From: a virus
Lineage: Duplodnaviria > Caudoviricetes
Strand: one strand, 5' to 3'
Length of the DNA: 58,811 nt
Virus record (IMG/VR): IMGVR_UViG_3300030328_004676
Coordinates: 1-58,811 of that record
Position numbers and translations under genes: made by a program. Below are positions 18,752 through 28,134 of the stretch, one piece after another (position 1 is the stretch's first letter; each line of letters starts with the position of its first letter). The notes beneath the pieces were generated by a model, which was not told the origin of the DNA, ran no database searches, and saw only the letters and a list, made by a program, of their open reading frames with translations.

Positions 18752-19468
18752 CTAAATATCTCTAAAATTTATAGAAGTAATATAATCTTCGCGGCCAATA
18801 AGATCAACAACTTTTTCAAAGTCACTTCTGAGGGATTTGTGTTTTAAGCCATGAAAAACAAAAATGGCAGATTCATCTGAACTCATTCCGTCCACATCTT
18901 CAACGAAATCTTCATACCTGTAAATAAAATTAAATATACCTTTAACTTTAATCAAAAAGTTATTTTCAGAGTCTTCGGGATATTTTATTTTTGGTCTTGG
19001 GTTTTCAGGTTTTTCCAGAAAATCCCATCTTGTCCAATCTGGTTCACCATAATCGTAACCTGTTCTAGCGTGGGTAAATCCAGCCGACTTTACAATATCT
19101 GCGACTCTTGAGTCTGCATAATATGCGGGATAGGCAAAAGTGTTAATTTTTTTAACTCCGTATTTAGTCAAAATTTCGTTCATTGAAATTAACTCATGTA
19201 ACACCTGATCATTACTACCAACTTGAGTTAAGTTAGGATGACTTACTGTATGGCTCCCTATTTCAAAACCCTGTTCTTCAAATTCTGGCAAAAGATTAAG
19301 ATCAATCAGAGGTTCGTTTAAACCTAATTGAGTAGCAACGGAGTGGTTTTCCCACATATTAGCAGTTGATATAAAAAATGTCCCCTTTAAGCCCTTGTCT
19401 TTTAAAACATCTTTCGCCCAAACATGGCTTTCAAGACCATCATCAAATGTTAGACATATTTTTTTCAT
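18752..19468 (-). CDS. Polysaccharide deacetylase (NodB/CE4)
   Basis: LTFDDG, GTFFI, EIGSHTVSHPNL, FAYP, FVFH. Confidence 0.88.
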   Translation of the reverse strand: MKKICLTFDDGLESHVWAKDVLKDKGLKGTFFISTANMWENHSVATQLGLNEPLIDLNLLPEFEEQGFEIGSHTVSHPNLTQVGSNDQVLHELISMNEILTKYGVKKINTFAYPAYYADSRVADIVKSAGFTHARTGYDYGEPDWTRWDFLEKPENPRPKIKYPEDSENNFLIKVKGIFNFIYRYEDFVEDVDGMSSDESAIFVFHGLKHKSLRSDFEKVVDLIGREDYITSINFRDI

Positions 19469-20189
19469 TTTTTATAAATTTTATTTTTGGGTCAACAATT
19501 GCTTCAACTGAAGTTATAATACAAGGATTTTTGTCATCTCCGAAAAAGTGAAATCCTTTTCCGTCATGAAATATTATGCGAAAATCTTTTGTATGATCAA
19601 GAACTTCTCCGTATTCAAAAAACAGATTTGTATGATATACTTGCCCTTCTGAGTAAGTTAACACTAAATCTTTATCAGTAAAAGGCAGTTTACCGTGATC
19701 TGATATTATCCTTTTAAGTATTTCTTTAGAAGTTCCGTATATGGATACTGAAGCGTGTTTTCGGTAATAACCGTCATAGTTTTGTGATACGGCGGCGATC
19801 ATAGATGCGTTATCTATAGAATAGAATTTTTCTTTAAAAATTGTATCGAAGTTATCTTTACAAAAAATAAAGTCATCCTCCGAAAATATAAAGAAATCAA
19901 AATCATCTATAAAAATGTCAACAGCATGAGAGTATGCGCCGTAAGAGATCCCTACATTCTCTCTTGAAAGAGTGACAAATTTAAATTTTTGTTTAAGAGG
20001 TAAGACCTCCTCTTCATAGCCTTCGGGAATATCTCCGTTAATAACAAAAGTTATCTGATCGAGGTCGTGTTTTGTATTACATAAATACTCTACTTGTTTT
20101 TTTAAGAAAAAAAACTTATCAGTTTTTGCTTCTTCAATTTGCTTTCTCCTTTCTCCAAAGTAGAAAACTTTTACAAGATTTGTTTTCAC
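19443..20189 (-). CDS. Putative GT-A fold glycosyltransferase
   Basis: RENVGISYGAY, FIFSEDD; operon context. Confidence 0.6.
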   Translation of the reverse strand: MKTNLVKVFYFGERRKQIEEAKTDKFFFLKKQVEYLCNTKHDLDQITFVINGDIPEGYEEEVLPLKQKFKFVTLSRENVGISYGAYSHAVDIFIDDFDFFIFSEDDFIFCKDNFDTIFKEKFYSIDNASMIAAVSQNYDGYYRKHASVSIYGTSKEILKRIISDHGKLPFTDKDLVLTYSEGQVYHTNLFFEYGEVLDHTKDFRIIFHDGKGFHFFGDDKNPCIITSVEAIVDPKIKFIKNEKNMSNI

Positions 20190-21274
20190 TAAAATTTATT
20201 TAAAATTCTGGTTATTTTGGCTGCTTGGTCTTCTTCTACCCACCATCCAACAGGAATGTTTAGTAATTTGGAATCAAATTCATTTAAATTTTTAAGGCTC
20301 TCATTCCTTCCTCCAAAAACCGAATATTGATCGTTTCTAACATGAACCCTGTCAGAGTCTACTCCGTTGTCAGCGAGATAAGATTTTAAGGTTTCTCTAT
20401 CTTCTGTTAAAATAGAATAAATCCAACTGGAGCTTACCGTATTGTCAGGTTTTCTCATTTTTGTAATCTTAGGATTACTAATGTGTTTATCATAATGGTT
20501 TCTGTTTCTGATATGGCCGTGTATGATAAAGTCAATATTTTTAATATTTTTTAAGCCTATTGCAGCGTTAATATTATTCATGTGATATTTGTATCCTGAC
20601 TCTGTAATATCTTGGTCCCATCGACTTTTCCCTTCAAATTTTCTATCTAGCCCAAACCATCTTATTTTTCTAGCTCTTTCTGCGTCTTCTTTATTTTTAC
20701 ATGAAAGCGCACCACCATCTCCACAAGTCAAGTGCTTTATAGCTTGGAATGAAAAACACACAAAGTCTGAATGAGATCCTATTCTTTTCCCTTTATATGA
20801 TGAACCAAAAGCATGGGCTGCATCTTCAATAACTTTTATATTAAATTCTTTTGCTATATCGTTAATTTTATCAATCTCGACTGGTTGTCCAGCCCAGTGA
20901 ACAGCTACGATTGCTTTTGTTTTATCTGTTATCTTAGACCTGATACTTTCGGGACAAATATTGCCTGTCGTAATATCAATATCTGCGAAAATAAGCTTGG
21001 CCCCCATATTATAAAACGGCTCATTAGTAGCCATGCAGGTCATTGCTGTAGTTATTACCTCGTCCCCCTTTTCTATTCCAGACAAGATGCCAGCCAAATG
21101 TAAGGCAGAAGTCCCACTATTTGTTAGAGATGTATTTTTATTACCAATATATTGAGATACTTTATCCTCAAAGTCGTCTGAATATTCGCCCTCTGTGAGA
21201 CATCCTTTTTCAAAAATATTAGAAAGCACCGAAGAACAGTCTTCCGACATAAATGGTTTAAATAATGAAATCAT
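20189..21274 (-). CDS. DegT/DnrJ/EryC1/StrS sugar aminotransferase
   Basis: NSGTSALHLA, VIEDAAHAFG, SFQAIKHLTCGDGG. Likely start is MISLFKP at 21274 (ORF track gives 21295). Confidence 0.9.
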   Translation of the reverse strand: MISLFKPFMSEDCSSVLSNIFEKGCLTEGEYSDDFEDKVSQYIGNKNTSLTNSGTSALHLAGILSGIEKGDEVITTAMTCMATNEPFYNMGAKLIFADIDITTGNICPESIRSKITDKTKAIVAVHWAGQPVEIDKINDIAKEFNIKVIEDAAHAFGSSYKGKRIGSHSDFVCFSFQAIKHLTCGDGGALSCKNKEDAERARKIRWFGLDRKFEGKSRWDQDITESGYKYHMNNINAAIGLKNIKNIDFIIHGHIRNRNHYDKHISNPKITKMRKPDNTVSSSWIYSILTEDRETLKSYLADNGVDSDRVHVRNDQYSVFGGRNESLKNLNEFDSKLLNIPVGWWVEEDQAAKITRILNKF

Positions 21275-21279
21275 AAAAT

Positions 21280-22293
21280 TTATTCTTCTAACCAATGCTT
21301 GTTTTGTAGAGTCCAGTCAACTGTTTTTTGTAAGGTTTTATTAAAGTCAACTGGAACCTTCCATCCTAAATCTTCTAGTTTATCTCCATTAAGTGCATAT
21401 CTTAAATCATGAGCGGGTCTTTTTGAGTGATAGTCAGTCATCTCATATATAGCTTTTTCTCCCATAATTTCGGAAATTATTTGGACAACTTCTAGATTTG
21501 ATAGTTCTTTACATCCCGAGATATTATACCTTCCGATGGATGAATCATGACTATCAAGAATTTCGCATGTGTTTTTCAACACAAAAACAAAAGCGTCAGC
21601 AACATTTCTGGCGTGAATGTAAAATCTGCTTCCAGCTTTTTTGCCATCTGGATAACAATGAATATGTATTTTTTCTTTATTTAAAATTGATTTAATAACC
21701 TTTGGTATAAATTTTTCAGCGTGTTGCCTCTCTCCTATAATGTTCATTGTGTTTGTAATGACAATAGGGATGCCATATGTGTTGCAATATGATTCACAAA
21801 TACTCTCACTGGCAGCTTTTGAAGCAGAGTAAGGGTTACCACAATTAAACCTGTCTCCCTCTTTATACGCAAATCCTTCTGGAGCGTTGCCGAAAACTTC
21901 GTCTGTAGAAAAATACATAAACTTTTCTAAGTTTTCGCAATGCGATCTGGCGAATTCTAACAAATTTAAAGTAGAGTCTACGTTATTTTTGGTGAAGTCT
22001 TTTGGATCTAAAATAGAATTTTCTACATGCGACTCAGCAGCAATGTGTAAAATGTAACTTGTGTCTTTTAATTCTTTTACTAAGCCCTCGGGTATTTCTG
22101 AACACAAATCAAAAGTAAACATTTTTAACCTAGGATTGCTTAAAGCCGCAGTTTCTTGCAGCCTAGAAAGCCCGAAAGAAGAATAGCTTAACTTATCAAT
22201 ACAATAAATGTCCCAGTTAGTTTTTTTTAAGATATGATCAATAACGTGGTGTCCCACAAACCCGCATCCTCCTGTTACAATAACTTTTTTCAT
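21280..22293 (-). CDS. rfbB: dTDP-glucose 4,6-dehydratase-like (RmlB)
   Basis: VTGGCGFVG, DKLSY, HIAAESHV, STDEVFG, NPYSASKA, RPAHDLRY. Confidence 0.85.
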   Translation of the reverse strand: MKKVIVTGGCGFVGHHVIDHILKKTNWDIYCIDKLSYSSFGLSRLQETAALSNPRLKMFTFDLCSEIPEGLVKELKDTSYILHIAAESHVENSILDPKDFTKNNVDSTLNLLEFARSHCENLEKFMYFSTDEVFGNAPEGFAYKEGDRFNCGNPYSASKAASESICESYCNTYGIPIVITNTMNIIGERQHAEKFIPKVIKSILNKEKIHIHCYPDGKKAGSRFYIHARNVADAFVFVLKNTCEILDSHDSSIGRYNISGCKELSNLEVVQIISEIMGEKAIYEMTDYHSKRPAHDLRYALNGDKLEDLGWKVPVDFNKTLQKTVDWTLQNKHWLEE

Positions 22294-22745
22294 AACTCAA
22301 TTCTCATTTCAATACTTTCTTTATTGTCTATCATTTCTCTTCTAGTCTCTACAAAACCCAGCTTTCTGTATAAATTTAAGGCCACTTGATTTTTAGTTAG
22401 AACTTTAAGATAAACTTCTTTTATGTTAAGATTTTTTTTTATTTTATCTAAAAATATTTTATATGCAGTTGTAGCCAGACCTTTCCCTCTCCAGTTTTTA
22501 TGAATATCTAAGCCTATAAAAAAATTCACATCCTCAATACTGGTTCTAAAATAGCCAATTTTGTCGCCAGCAAATTCTAAAATAAAAAACTTTGGTCGTT
22601 CTTCTTCAAACCACTTAAGAGATTCGTCTAGGGAATACTTGCTTTGATCGTGCAAAAAAGAAGAACACTCATTTCGTAAACAATTGAAAAACGGAATGTC
22701 TTTTTTTCTCATGCGACGAATAGACATTTTATCTTCAATACTCAC
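22290..22745 (-). CDS. GNAT N-acetyltransferase
   Basis: WRGKGLA, N..ALNLYRKLGF. Confidence 0.85.
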   Translation of the reverse strand: MSIEDKMSIRRMRKKDIPFFNCLRNECSSFLHDQSKYSLDESLKWFEEERPKFFILEFAGDKIGYFRTSIEDVNFFIGLDIHKNWRGKGLATTAYKIFLDKIKKNLNIKEVYLKVLTKNQVALNLYRKLGFVETRREMIDNKESIEMRIEL

Positions 22746-23509
22746 CTTAATATTCTCTTTAAAATTTTTCTTCTGGCTTGAGTTGTTTTGCGATGGTTTT
22801 TACAGGCATATTTAACATGGTCCTTATTAAAAATATTCTCTTTAACTGTTTTTTTAGATGCAGGACTTATTTCATGTATACCAAAACTCTTATAAAAATC
22901 TCTATCGGTATATGCGAGGTGTTCTGTGCAAAACATAGAGGATACTTCGAATGGCGCAAACTTTACACCTCTTTGTTCTAGTTCTTCTCTTAAAAGGTAG
23001 CAAGATATAATGTCTTCTTGTTCATTGGGGTTTTCTAATGATTTAAGATAATTTCTGGATTGTAGATATATGTTTCTTAATTCAGTGCAAAACTTTTTAG
23101 ACCTCAAAGAAAATCCTCCGTTCCCAGAACAAATCTCATGCTGATATCCACCTGCATCAAAAGGAGCACCCACATAATCATATCTTAAAAAGATATCGGT
23201 CCAAGAATCTGGGTTTGCTATAAATCCATCGCGATGAAAATTTAACATAAACTCAGAATCAAACATTTCTGGATAATACAGAATGACAAATTCCGAGAAA
23301 GTTTCATACTTTACTTCTGGTATTTGAATGTATTCAACATTGTCATAAAAGACAGATGGTGTTTTATGGGTAAATACTCTTCTTTTAGCAAAATCAAGGA
23401 CTCCATTATCTGCATTTGCTAATTTAGATATAGAGTCTATGCCTGAATTTTTTTTCTTGCTAAGATCATTCCCATAAACGCTTAGGTATGTCACATCATT
23501 AATTGTCAT
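22742..23509 (-). CDS. DUF5672-like putative glycosyltransferase
   Basis: YDYVGAPF, GNGGFSLRSKK, ED, SFGIH. Likely start is MTIND at 23509. Confidence 0.7.
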   Translation of the reverse strand: MTINDVTYLSVYGNDLSKKKNSGIDSISKLANADNGVLDFAKRRVFTHKTPSVFYDNVEYIQIPEVKYETFSEFVILYYPEMFDSEFMLNFHRDGFIANPDSWTDIFLRYDYVGAPFDAGGYQHEICSGNGGFSLRSKKFCTELRNIYLQSRNYLKSLENPNEQEDIISCYLLREELEQRGVKFAPFEVSSMFCTEHLAYTDRDFYKSFGIHEISPASKKTVKENIFNKDHVKYACKNHRKTTQARRKILKRILR

Positions 23510-24377
23510 TATATTTCTCGTATAAATTAATAATGTTCTTCGCAACACTAAATTTAGAAAACTTATGCTGTATTTGAGAAGACCACTCGTCTAGTATAAC
23601 TGATTGGTAGTGAGAGAAATGATTAACTAAGCCGTTGTATGTTTTTGTAACAGATTCAATATTAGGTTCTGCTACGCAGAAATCTGGGCATAATTTTGAG
23701 TTAGGGTTATCACTACAAACAAGCGGGACAGCGCCACAGACCATTGCCTCTAAAGCGGGTAACCCCAAACCTTCAAACTTAGAAGGAAGGGCTACTATTT
23801 TTGCTTTATTATAGAGTTCATTTAAAGACATATCATTAACTAGACCTAAAAAATTATTGTTAGGCTCTACCCCTCCAATTGGGCCAACAATTATTTTTGG
23901 TATATTGTTTAATAGCTCGATTCTTTTGTTTGGATCGTTTGCTCTTCCAACATACAAACAATTTATAGTTTTTTCTACAAGAGGGTCAAAAAATATATCT
24001 TTTATTGGATTCCCTATGTTATGAGATTCTATGCCTATATCTGATAATTGTTTTTTAACTGGCTCGCTAATACAAGTAACAACATTTGCATGAATTAGCT
24101 GGTCTTTTAATTTGTCAATCGGGAAGTCAGGGTTGTGTGGAGGAATATCTAGCACGTTGAAAATTTTAAACCCTTTTTTGGGAAATTGAGAATCTCCTTG
24201 GTATAAAGCGGAATCTTTATGCTGAGTATCTTTTTTACCGAAATCAAAATTATTACAATAAATAAAGTCATAGTCATCTCCGCAAACAACTTCATGACCT
24301 AATCCTTTGAAGCCTTGTTCTATGCGAGGAACTTGACACCAATATTCTTTGGCTCCATATAATTTTACTTTATACAT
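23499..24377 (-). CDS. GT4 (GT-B) glycosyltransferase
   Basis: YVGRANDPNKR, LPSKFEGLGLPALEAMVCG. Confidence 0.85.
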   Translation of the reverse strand: MYKVKLYGAKEYWCQVPRIEQGFKGLGHEVVCGDDYDFIYCNNFDFGKKDTQHKDSALYQGDSQFPKKGFKIFNVLDIPPHNPDFPIDKLKDQLIHANVVTCISEPVKKQLSDIGIESHNIGNPIKDIFFDPLVEKTINCLYVGRANDPNKRIELLNNIPKIIVGPIGGVEPNNNFLGLVNDMSLNELYNKAKIVALPSKFEGLGLPALEAMVCGAVPLVCSDNPNSKLCPDFCVAEPNIESVTKTYNGLVNHFSHYQSVILDEWSSQIQHKFSKFSVAKNIINLYEKYNDN

Positions 24378-25123
24378 TTTACTTTTGGGATGGGTATGTG
24401 ATTTTTTTCATAGAAAGATTCATCGAACTCCAAACAGTGTTTTTCATGATTCCATTTATAACTACAATGTCCAAAATGTTTGTGCTGATATTCGACTTTT
24501 CTTTTTCCTATTCTATCATTGAGCCAAGTATAGTGAGGTATATGGGCCACTTCTTTTGGTATGGTCTCTATCTCCATATTCTCATAACTTATGATTTGCC
24601 CGTTATATTCATAACTTATGTCATTATCCCAATAAAATCCTGCCATCTTGATAGAATCCTTTATATTTGTTTTGAAAATTCTAGGAGGACAGAAGGGTTC
24701 TTCTAGATAATGATCTACATCAAAAACGTGATTTTTTAATGATATTTTAAATAAATTTCTATTGCTTGATTCCACATATTCTTCAATTTTTTCAATATGT
24801 TCTTCTGTATAAAATTCGTCAGAATCAACTAGCCAGATATAATCCAAATCATACTTTTTTAAATAAAACAGAGCATTGTTTCTAGCTTCTGCCTCTGAAA
24901 TATACTGGGGTGTATCTACTAAATATTTAAGCCTCCTTTGCTCAACTAGTTCTCTAAGTAGGTCTGTGGTGTGATCATGAAAAGAATCTATGCCTCTATA
25001 TTCTTTAAATGGAACAGATACAGCCGAGACAATATGGTTATCGCGTTTTAAAAATGGTTCAATAGATTTTAAAACATAATCTTCTGTGTTATAGCCACAA
25101 TATATTATACCATATTTTTTCAT
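24365..25123 (-). CDS. GT2-like glycosyltransferase
   Basis: ARNNAL, WLVDSDEFY, PRIFK, HY. Confidence 0.75.
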   Translation of the reverse strand: MKKYGIIYCGYNTEDYVLKSIEPFLKRDNHIVSAVSVPFKEYRGIDSFHDHTTDLLRELVEQRRLKYLVDTPQYISEAEARNNALFYLKKYDLDYIWLVDSDEFYTEEHIEKIEEYVESSNRNLFKISLKNHVFDVDHYLEEPFCPPRIFKTNIKDSIKMAGFYWDNDISYEYNGQIISYENMEIETIPKEVAHIPHYTWLNDRIGKRKVEYQHKHFGHCSYKWNHEKHCLEFDESFYEKNHIPIPKVKCIK

Positions 25124-25899
25124 AAAGTAGGCCAGATTGGTTTTTGCATATCGTGTTTTTTCTTTCTTGAATCCCCAGACACTACTTCTTCTGGTTCATA
25201 TGATGCATCGTATTTTCCGTTTTTTCTATGGTTCCAAATTTTTCCCCAAAATTTGTTTACATTATTTCTTTTTTCTAAATCTAAATATCCTAAATGAATT
25301 ATTTTAGGGTTAAGGTCATCAAGTTGTATTTTAGCAACACATGGTATAAGATTGCCATTAGAATCTATAAGTTCACAGGTGTCACTTTTTTCAGGATCTA
25401 AACTGCCATCTTCTTTTCTCGCCCAAGCAACAGATCCTCTGTGAGACCCTTCTTTAGTATGCAAATACCATTTTTGACCAATGTTAATGTAATGATCTAA
25501 ATCTTCATACAAATCAATCGTAGGCAACATAATACTGCAAGGGAAGTCATGATCTAAAATAACTGTAGAACAAAGGTCTAATCTTTCTTTGTCTCCTGAG
25601 ATTCGCTCATCTAAATCACATTGTAGCGCAACTTTATTGCGACAGTTTTCAAGTGCTGCGTCCTTTAGTTTACCTTCCCAATAAACATCTGTTTGTATTT
25701 CTAGGTGCCTTGATACAATTCCTATTTTTTTAGGGTCATAAAATTTACTTTTTATAACTTCATTCCTGACTTTTTCGTGCTCCCACCTAAAAGTTGCTAT
25801 AACTATTTCATCAACATAATATAACCAATTAGAAAAGACTTCATCTAAGTCTATATCTAGCTTGTCTATATTAAATAATGTTGTGTATAGAGAAATCAT
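25120..25899 (-). CDS. GT2-like glycosyltransferase
   Basis: VDEIVIA, KDAALENC, QCDLDERI, IIHLGY. Confidence 0.7.
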   Translation of the reverse strand: MISLYTTLFNIDKLDIDLDEVFSNWLYYVDEIVIATFRWEHEKVRNEVIKSKFYDPKKIGIVSRHLEIQTDVYWEGKLKDAALENCRNKVALQCDLDERISGDKERLDLCSTVILDHDFPCSIMLPTIDLYEDLDHYINIGQKWYLHTKEGSHRGSVAWARKEDGSLDPEKSDTCELIDSNGNLIPCVAKIQLDDLNPKIIHLGYLDLEKRNNVNKFWGKIWNHRKNGKYDASYEPEEVVSGDSRKKKHDMQKPIWPTL

Positions 25900-26741
25900 T
25901 TTAAGAAATCAATTGGTTTAAACTTGGAAAAATCGTGTTTATCTATAATTCCCTCTGTTTCTCCTATTATTTTAAGCCTATACCAATCATTTAAAAACTT
26001 ATCGAAATTAATGCAGTCTTTCATGGTATCATCTAAGTGATCTTCTAGGCACTCTTTCATAGAATCATAATCATATGGATCGAACCCTTGCGTGTATACA
26101 GCTTGGAATAACTTCATCCTGTTATTATATCTTTCTCTAACTAAGGGGACATTATCTTCAAAGCCGAGAAATAAATGATTTGTATTTGGGAATAAATAAT
26201 ATTTAAAATTGTGTTCAACAAAATAAAAAGGATCTTGCCTTTTTTCTTTTCTAACATTTTTTTGGAAGGATTTATCCCAAATTTTAAGGTTGGTTAATTC
26301 TACGGTATTTTGGGTTCCAAGTATAGCTTCATGGGGATTACCCTTGAATTCCATTGTTTCGTTAAACCTAAACATAAACCTTTTATCATATATATATGCT
26401 CCATCTATTTTATTGTTTTCAAAGTAACCTATAAGATCCCTTAGCTGTTTTGTGAAATTTGGAGAAAGTCTCTCAAGAGTGTCCATTGTTACAAACCAGT
26501 CGCCTGATTTTATTGGACCTTGGAATAAAGATTGATTCCGACTAAAGTCTGTTCTGTTATTCCATTTACTATAAATAATATCACCGTCTCCTTTAACGCT
26601 TTCAAGATAATCTGCTCCTTCATCTTTCGGATAATGAAATGTCCATACAAGACCATCAAAATCATCTTTAATTGGTTCTATTAATTCTTCAAGGTCTTCT
26701 TTGTGACCCTCTGTTGTTATTCCTATAAGCCAAAGTTTCAT
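25896..26741 (-). CDS. GT2-like glycosyltransferase
   Basis: FSRNQSL, WFVTMDTLERL, GNPHE. Confidence 0.6.
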   Translation of the reverse strand: MKLWLIGITTEGHKEDLEELIEPIKDDFDGLVWTFHYPKDEGADYLESVKGDGDIIYSKWNNRTDFSRNQSLFQGPIKSGDWFVTMDTLERLSPNFTKQLRDLIGYFENNKIDGAYIYDKRFMFRFNETMEFKGNPHEAILGTQNTVELTNLKIWDKSFQKNVRKEKRQDPFYFVEHNFKYYLFPNTNHLFLGFEDNVPLVRERYNNRMKLFQAVYTQGFDPYDYDSMKECLEDHLDDTMKDCINFDKFLNDWYRLKIIGETEGIIDKHDFSKFKPIDFLK

Positions 26742-27475
26742 CCTATTGTTTTTGAATATACCTTGTTAGTGTTAAAAAATGAAAATGGTGTTTTAGAATT
26801 TGTTCTTTTTTTCAAAAGACCTCCTGATACAATTTCACAGTGATAAGTGTCAAGATCTTCTAAATACATCTGGGCCTCTTCCCAAGTATCAAGGACTATT
26901 TCTGTCACGTTTATGTTCGGCTGAAAAGTGAACGTAGGTCCGTTTTCAGTAGAGATAATAGACTGTGTAAATATATCATCATCTTCTATTAAAAAGTCTG
27001 AGTCGGGTTCACCAAAGTCTTTTGCCCTATTGAATCTGACGCATATTGTATCTGGGTTTTTTTCTAAAAAATCAATAGACTTTTTTATAGCGTCTGCTAA
27101 TTCAATCCCCGAAGTTTGTAGTAACTCATCATCTTCTACCCAAAAAGAATATTTTTCTTTTTTAATTTTGGGGTCTGAATATGACTTATAAATATCTTTG
27201 AAGTATCCAGCAGAATGAGTTAGGTGATTTTCTGAGTGGTGAACAATATTTTCTATTGTTTCTAAAACTCTGATGTCTCGATCTTCACAAAAGGTTTTAA
27301 TTTCTTCTGCTATTTTTTCTTCTCCCTCTCTTGTTTTTAAGTGCAGGAGTCTATTTTTAAATATATTTTTATCAACCTTGTCATAAAGATTGTTTATGCA
27401 GTCTTTATAGGTGTGCCTTCCAGCGTGACCCATAGTCGTGCAAAAAATTATTAAGTTAAGAGAAAGTGGATTCAT
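26738..27475 (-). CDS. Putative GT-A glycosyltransferase
   Basis: FWVEDD, VRFNR, FTFQP; operon context. Confidence 0.55.
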   Translation of the reverse strand: MNPLSLNLIIFCTTMGHAGRHTYKDCINNLYDKVDKNIFKNRLLHLKTREGEEKIAEEIKTFCEDRDIRVLETIENIVHHSENHLTHSAGYFKDIYKSYSDPKIKKEKYSFWVEDDELLQTSGIELADAIKKSIDFLEKNPDTICVRFNRAKDFGEPDSDFLIEDDDIFTQSIISTENGPTFTFQPNINVTEIVLDTWEEAQMYLEDLDTYHCEIVSGGLLKKRTNSKTPFSFFNTNKVYSKTIG

Positions 27476-27875
27476 GAATTTTTTTTCTCAAATTTGATGA
27501 TGAAAAACAATGATCTCTAGTATTATAGATTATCTTATGTCTTTTTCCATCTAATTCATAACCAGTAAAATCTTTACCCTTCCAGTCTGAACCAATAAAT
27601 CTAACATCTATATCAATAGATGTTAGTATTTCTAATAAATCATTTTCTGTTTCATACGGAAGAATCTCATTTACAAATTTTGTCGCTTTTAATTGTATAT
27701 ATCTCTCTACCAAAGACTGCACTGGACTATTTTTAAGGCACCTTTCTTTGCTGGGATCTACATGCAGTCCAGCTATTAAAAAATCACACTTAGAAGCACA
27801 TTCCTCAAGCATGAGGATGTGACCAGCATGTAGCAAATCAAATGCGCCACAAGTAAACCCTATTTTTTTAGACAT
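27456..27875 (-). CDS. Glycerol-3-phosphate cytidylyltransferase-like nucleotidyltransferase (TagD family)
   Basis: GAFDLLHAGH, ER, GSDWKGK, R..SSSNLR. Confidence 0.85.
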   Translation of the reverse strand: MSKKIGFTCGAFDLLHAGHILMLEECASKCDFLIAGLHVDPSKERCLKNSPVQSLVERYIQLKATKFVNEILPYETENDLLEILTSIDIDVRFIGSDWKGKDFTGYELDGKRHKIIYNTRDHCFSSSNLRKKIHESTFS

Positions 27876-27909
27876 AAAAACCTCTGGGCCTAGTATCAGA
27901 CCCAGAGGT
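27876..27909 (-). terminator. Intrinsic terminator-like hairpin abutting the start codon of the glycan operon
   Basis: ACCTCTGGGTCT-GATACT-AGGCCCAGAGGT followed by TTTT and ATG (12-bp stem, one G-U pair). Confidence 0.75.
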
Positions 27910-27948
27910 CTACTATGACCTCAAGGAAATAAATCCTCGACCTGTCCT
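27876..27948 (-). ncRNA. Candidate cis-regulatory leader RNA (attenuator/riboswitch-like) or short sRNA
   Basis: ~70 nt between a near-consensus promoter and a terminator, containing overlapping alternative stems. Confidence 0.5.
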
Positions 27949-27977
27949 ATTGTAGAATCAGTTGTCGGGTTTGTCAA
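27949..27977 (-). promoter_or_regulatory. Near-consensus sigma70 promoter
   Basis: TTGACA-17nt-TACAAT. Confidence 0.8.
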
Positions 27978-28097
27978 CTAATCCTCAATAATCTCTTCAC
28001 TGATGCGCCCAAGTATATAGGCGAGTGTTTCATCAGTTTCGAAATCGTTGGGAGGTTTCTCAATTTCCTCATCAGTTATTTTGCTTAGGTCAGTCAT
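27978..28097 (-). CDS. Small acidic peptide (39 aa)
   Basis: Not in the ORF track: MTDLSKITDEEIEKPPNDFETDETLAYILGRISEEIIED; GTGTAG motif 11 nt upstream. Confidence 0.5.
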   Translation of the reverse strand: MTDLSKITDEEIEKPPNDFETDETLAYILGRISEEIIED

Positions 28098-28134
28098 AGT
28101 ATGACTGTCTACACAAAAATTTTTCAAAAGGGAA

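Noticed and set aside
14717-27875. Bacterial chromosomal LPS/capsule locus or chimeric contig
   Set aside because: No flippase, polymerase or export genes, and the operon is continuous with phage genes sharing the same promoter style. A role in modifying DNA or host LPS is not excluded.
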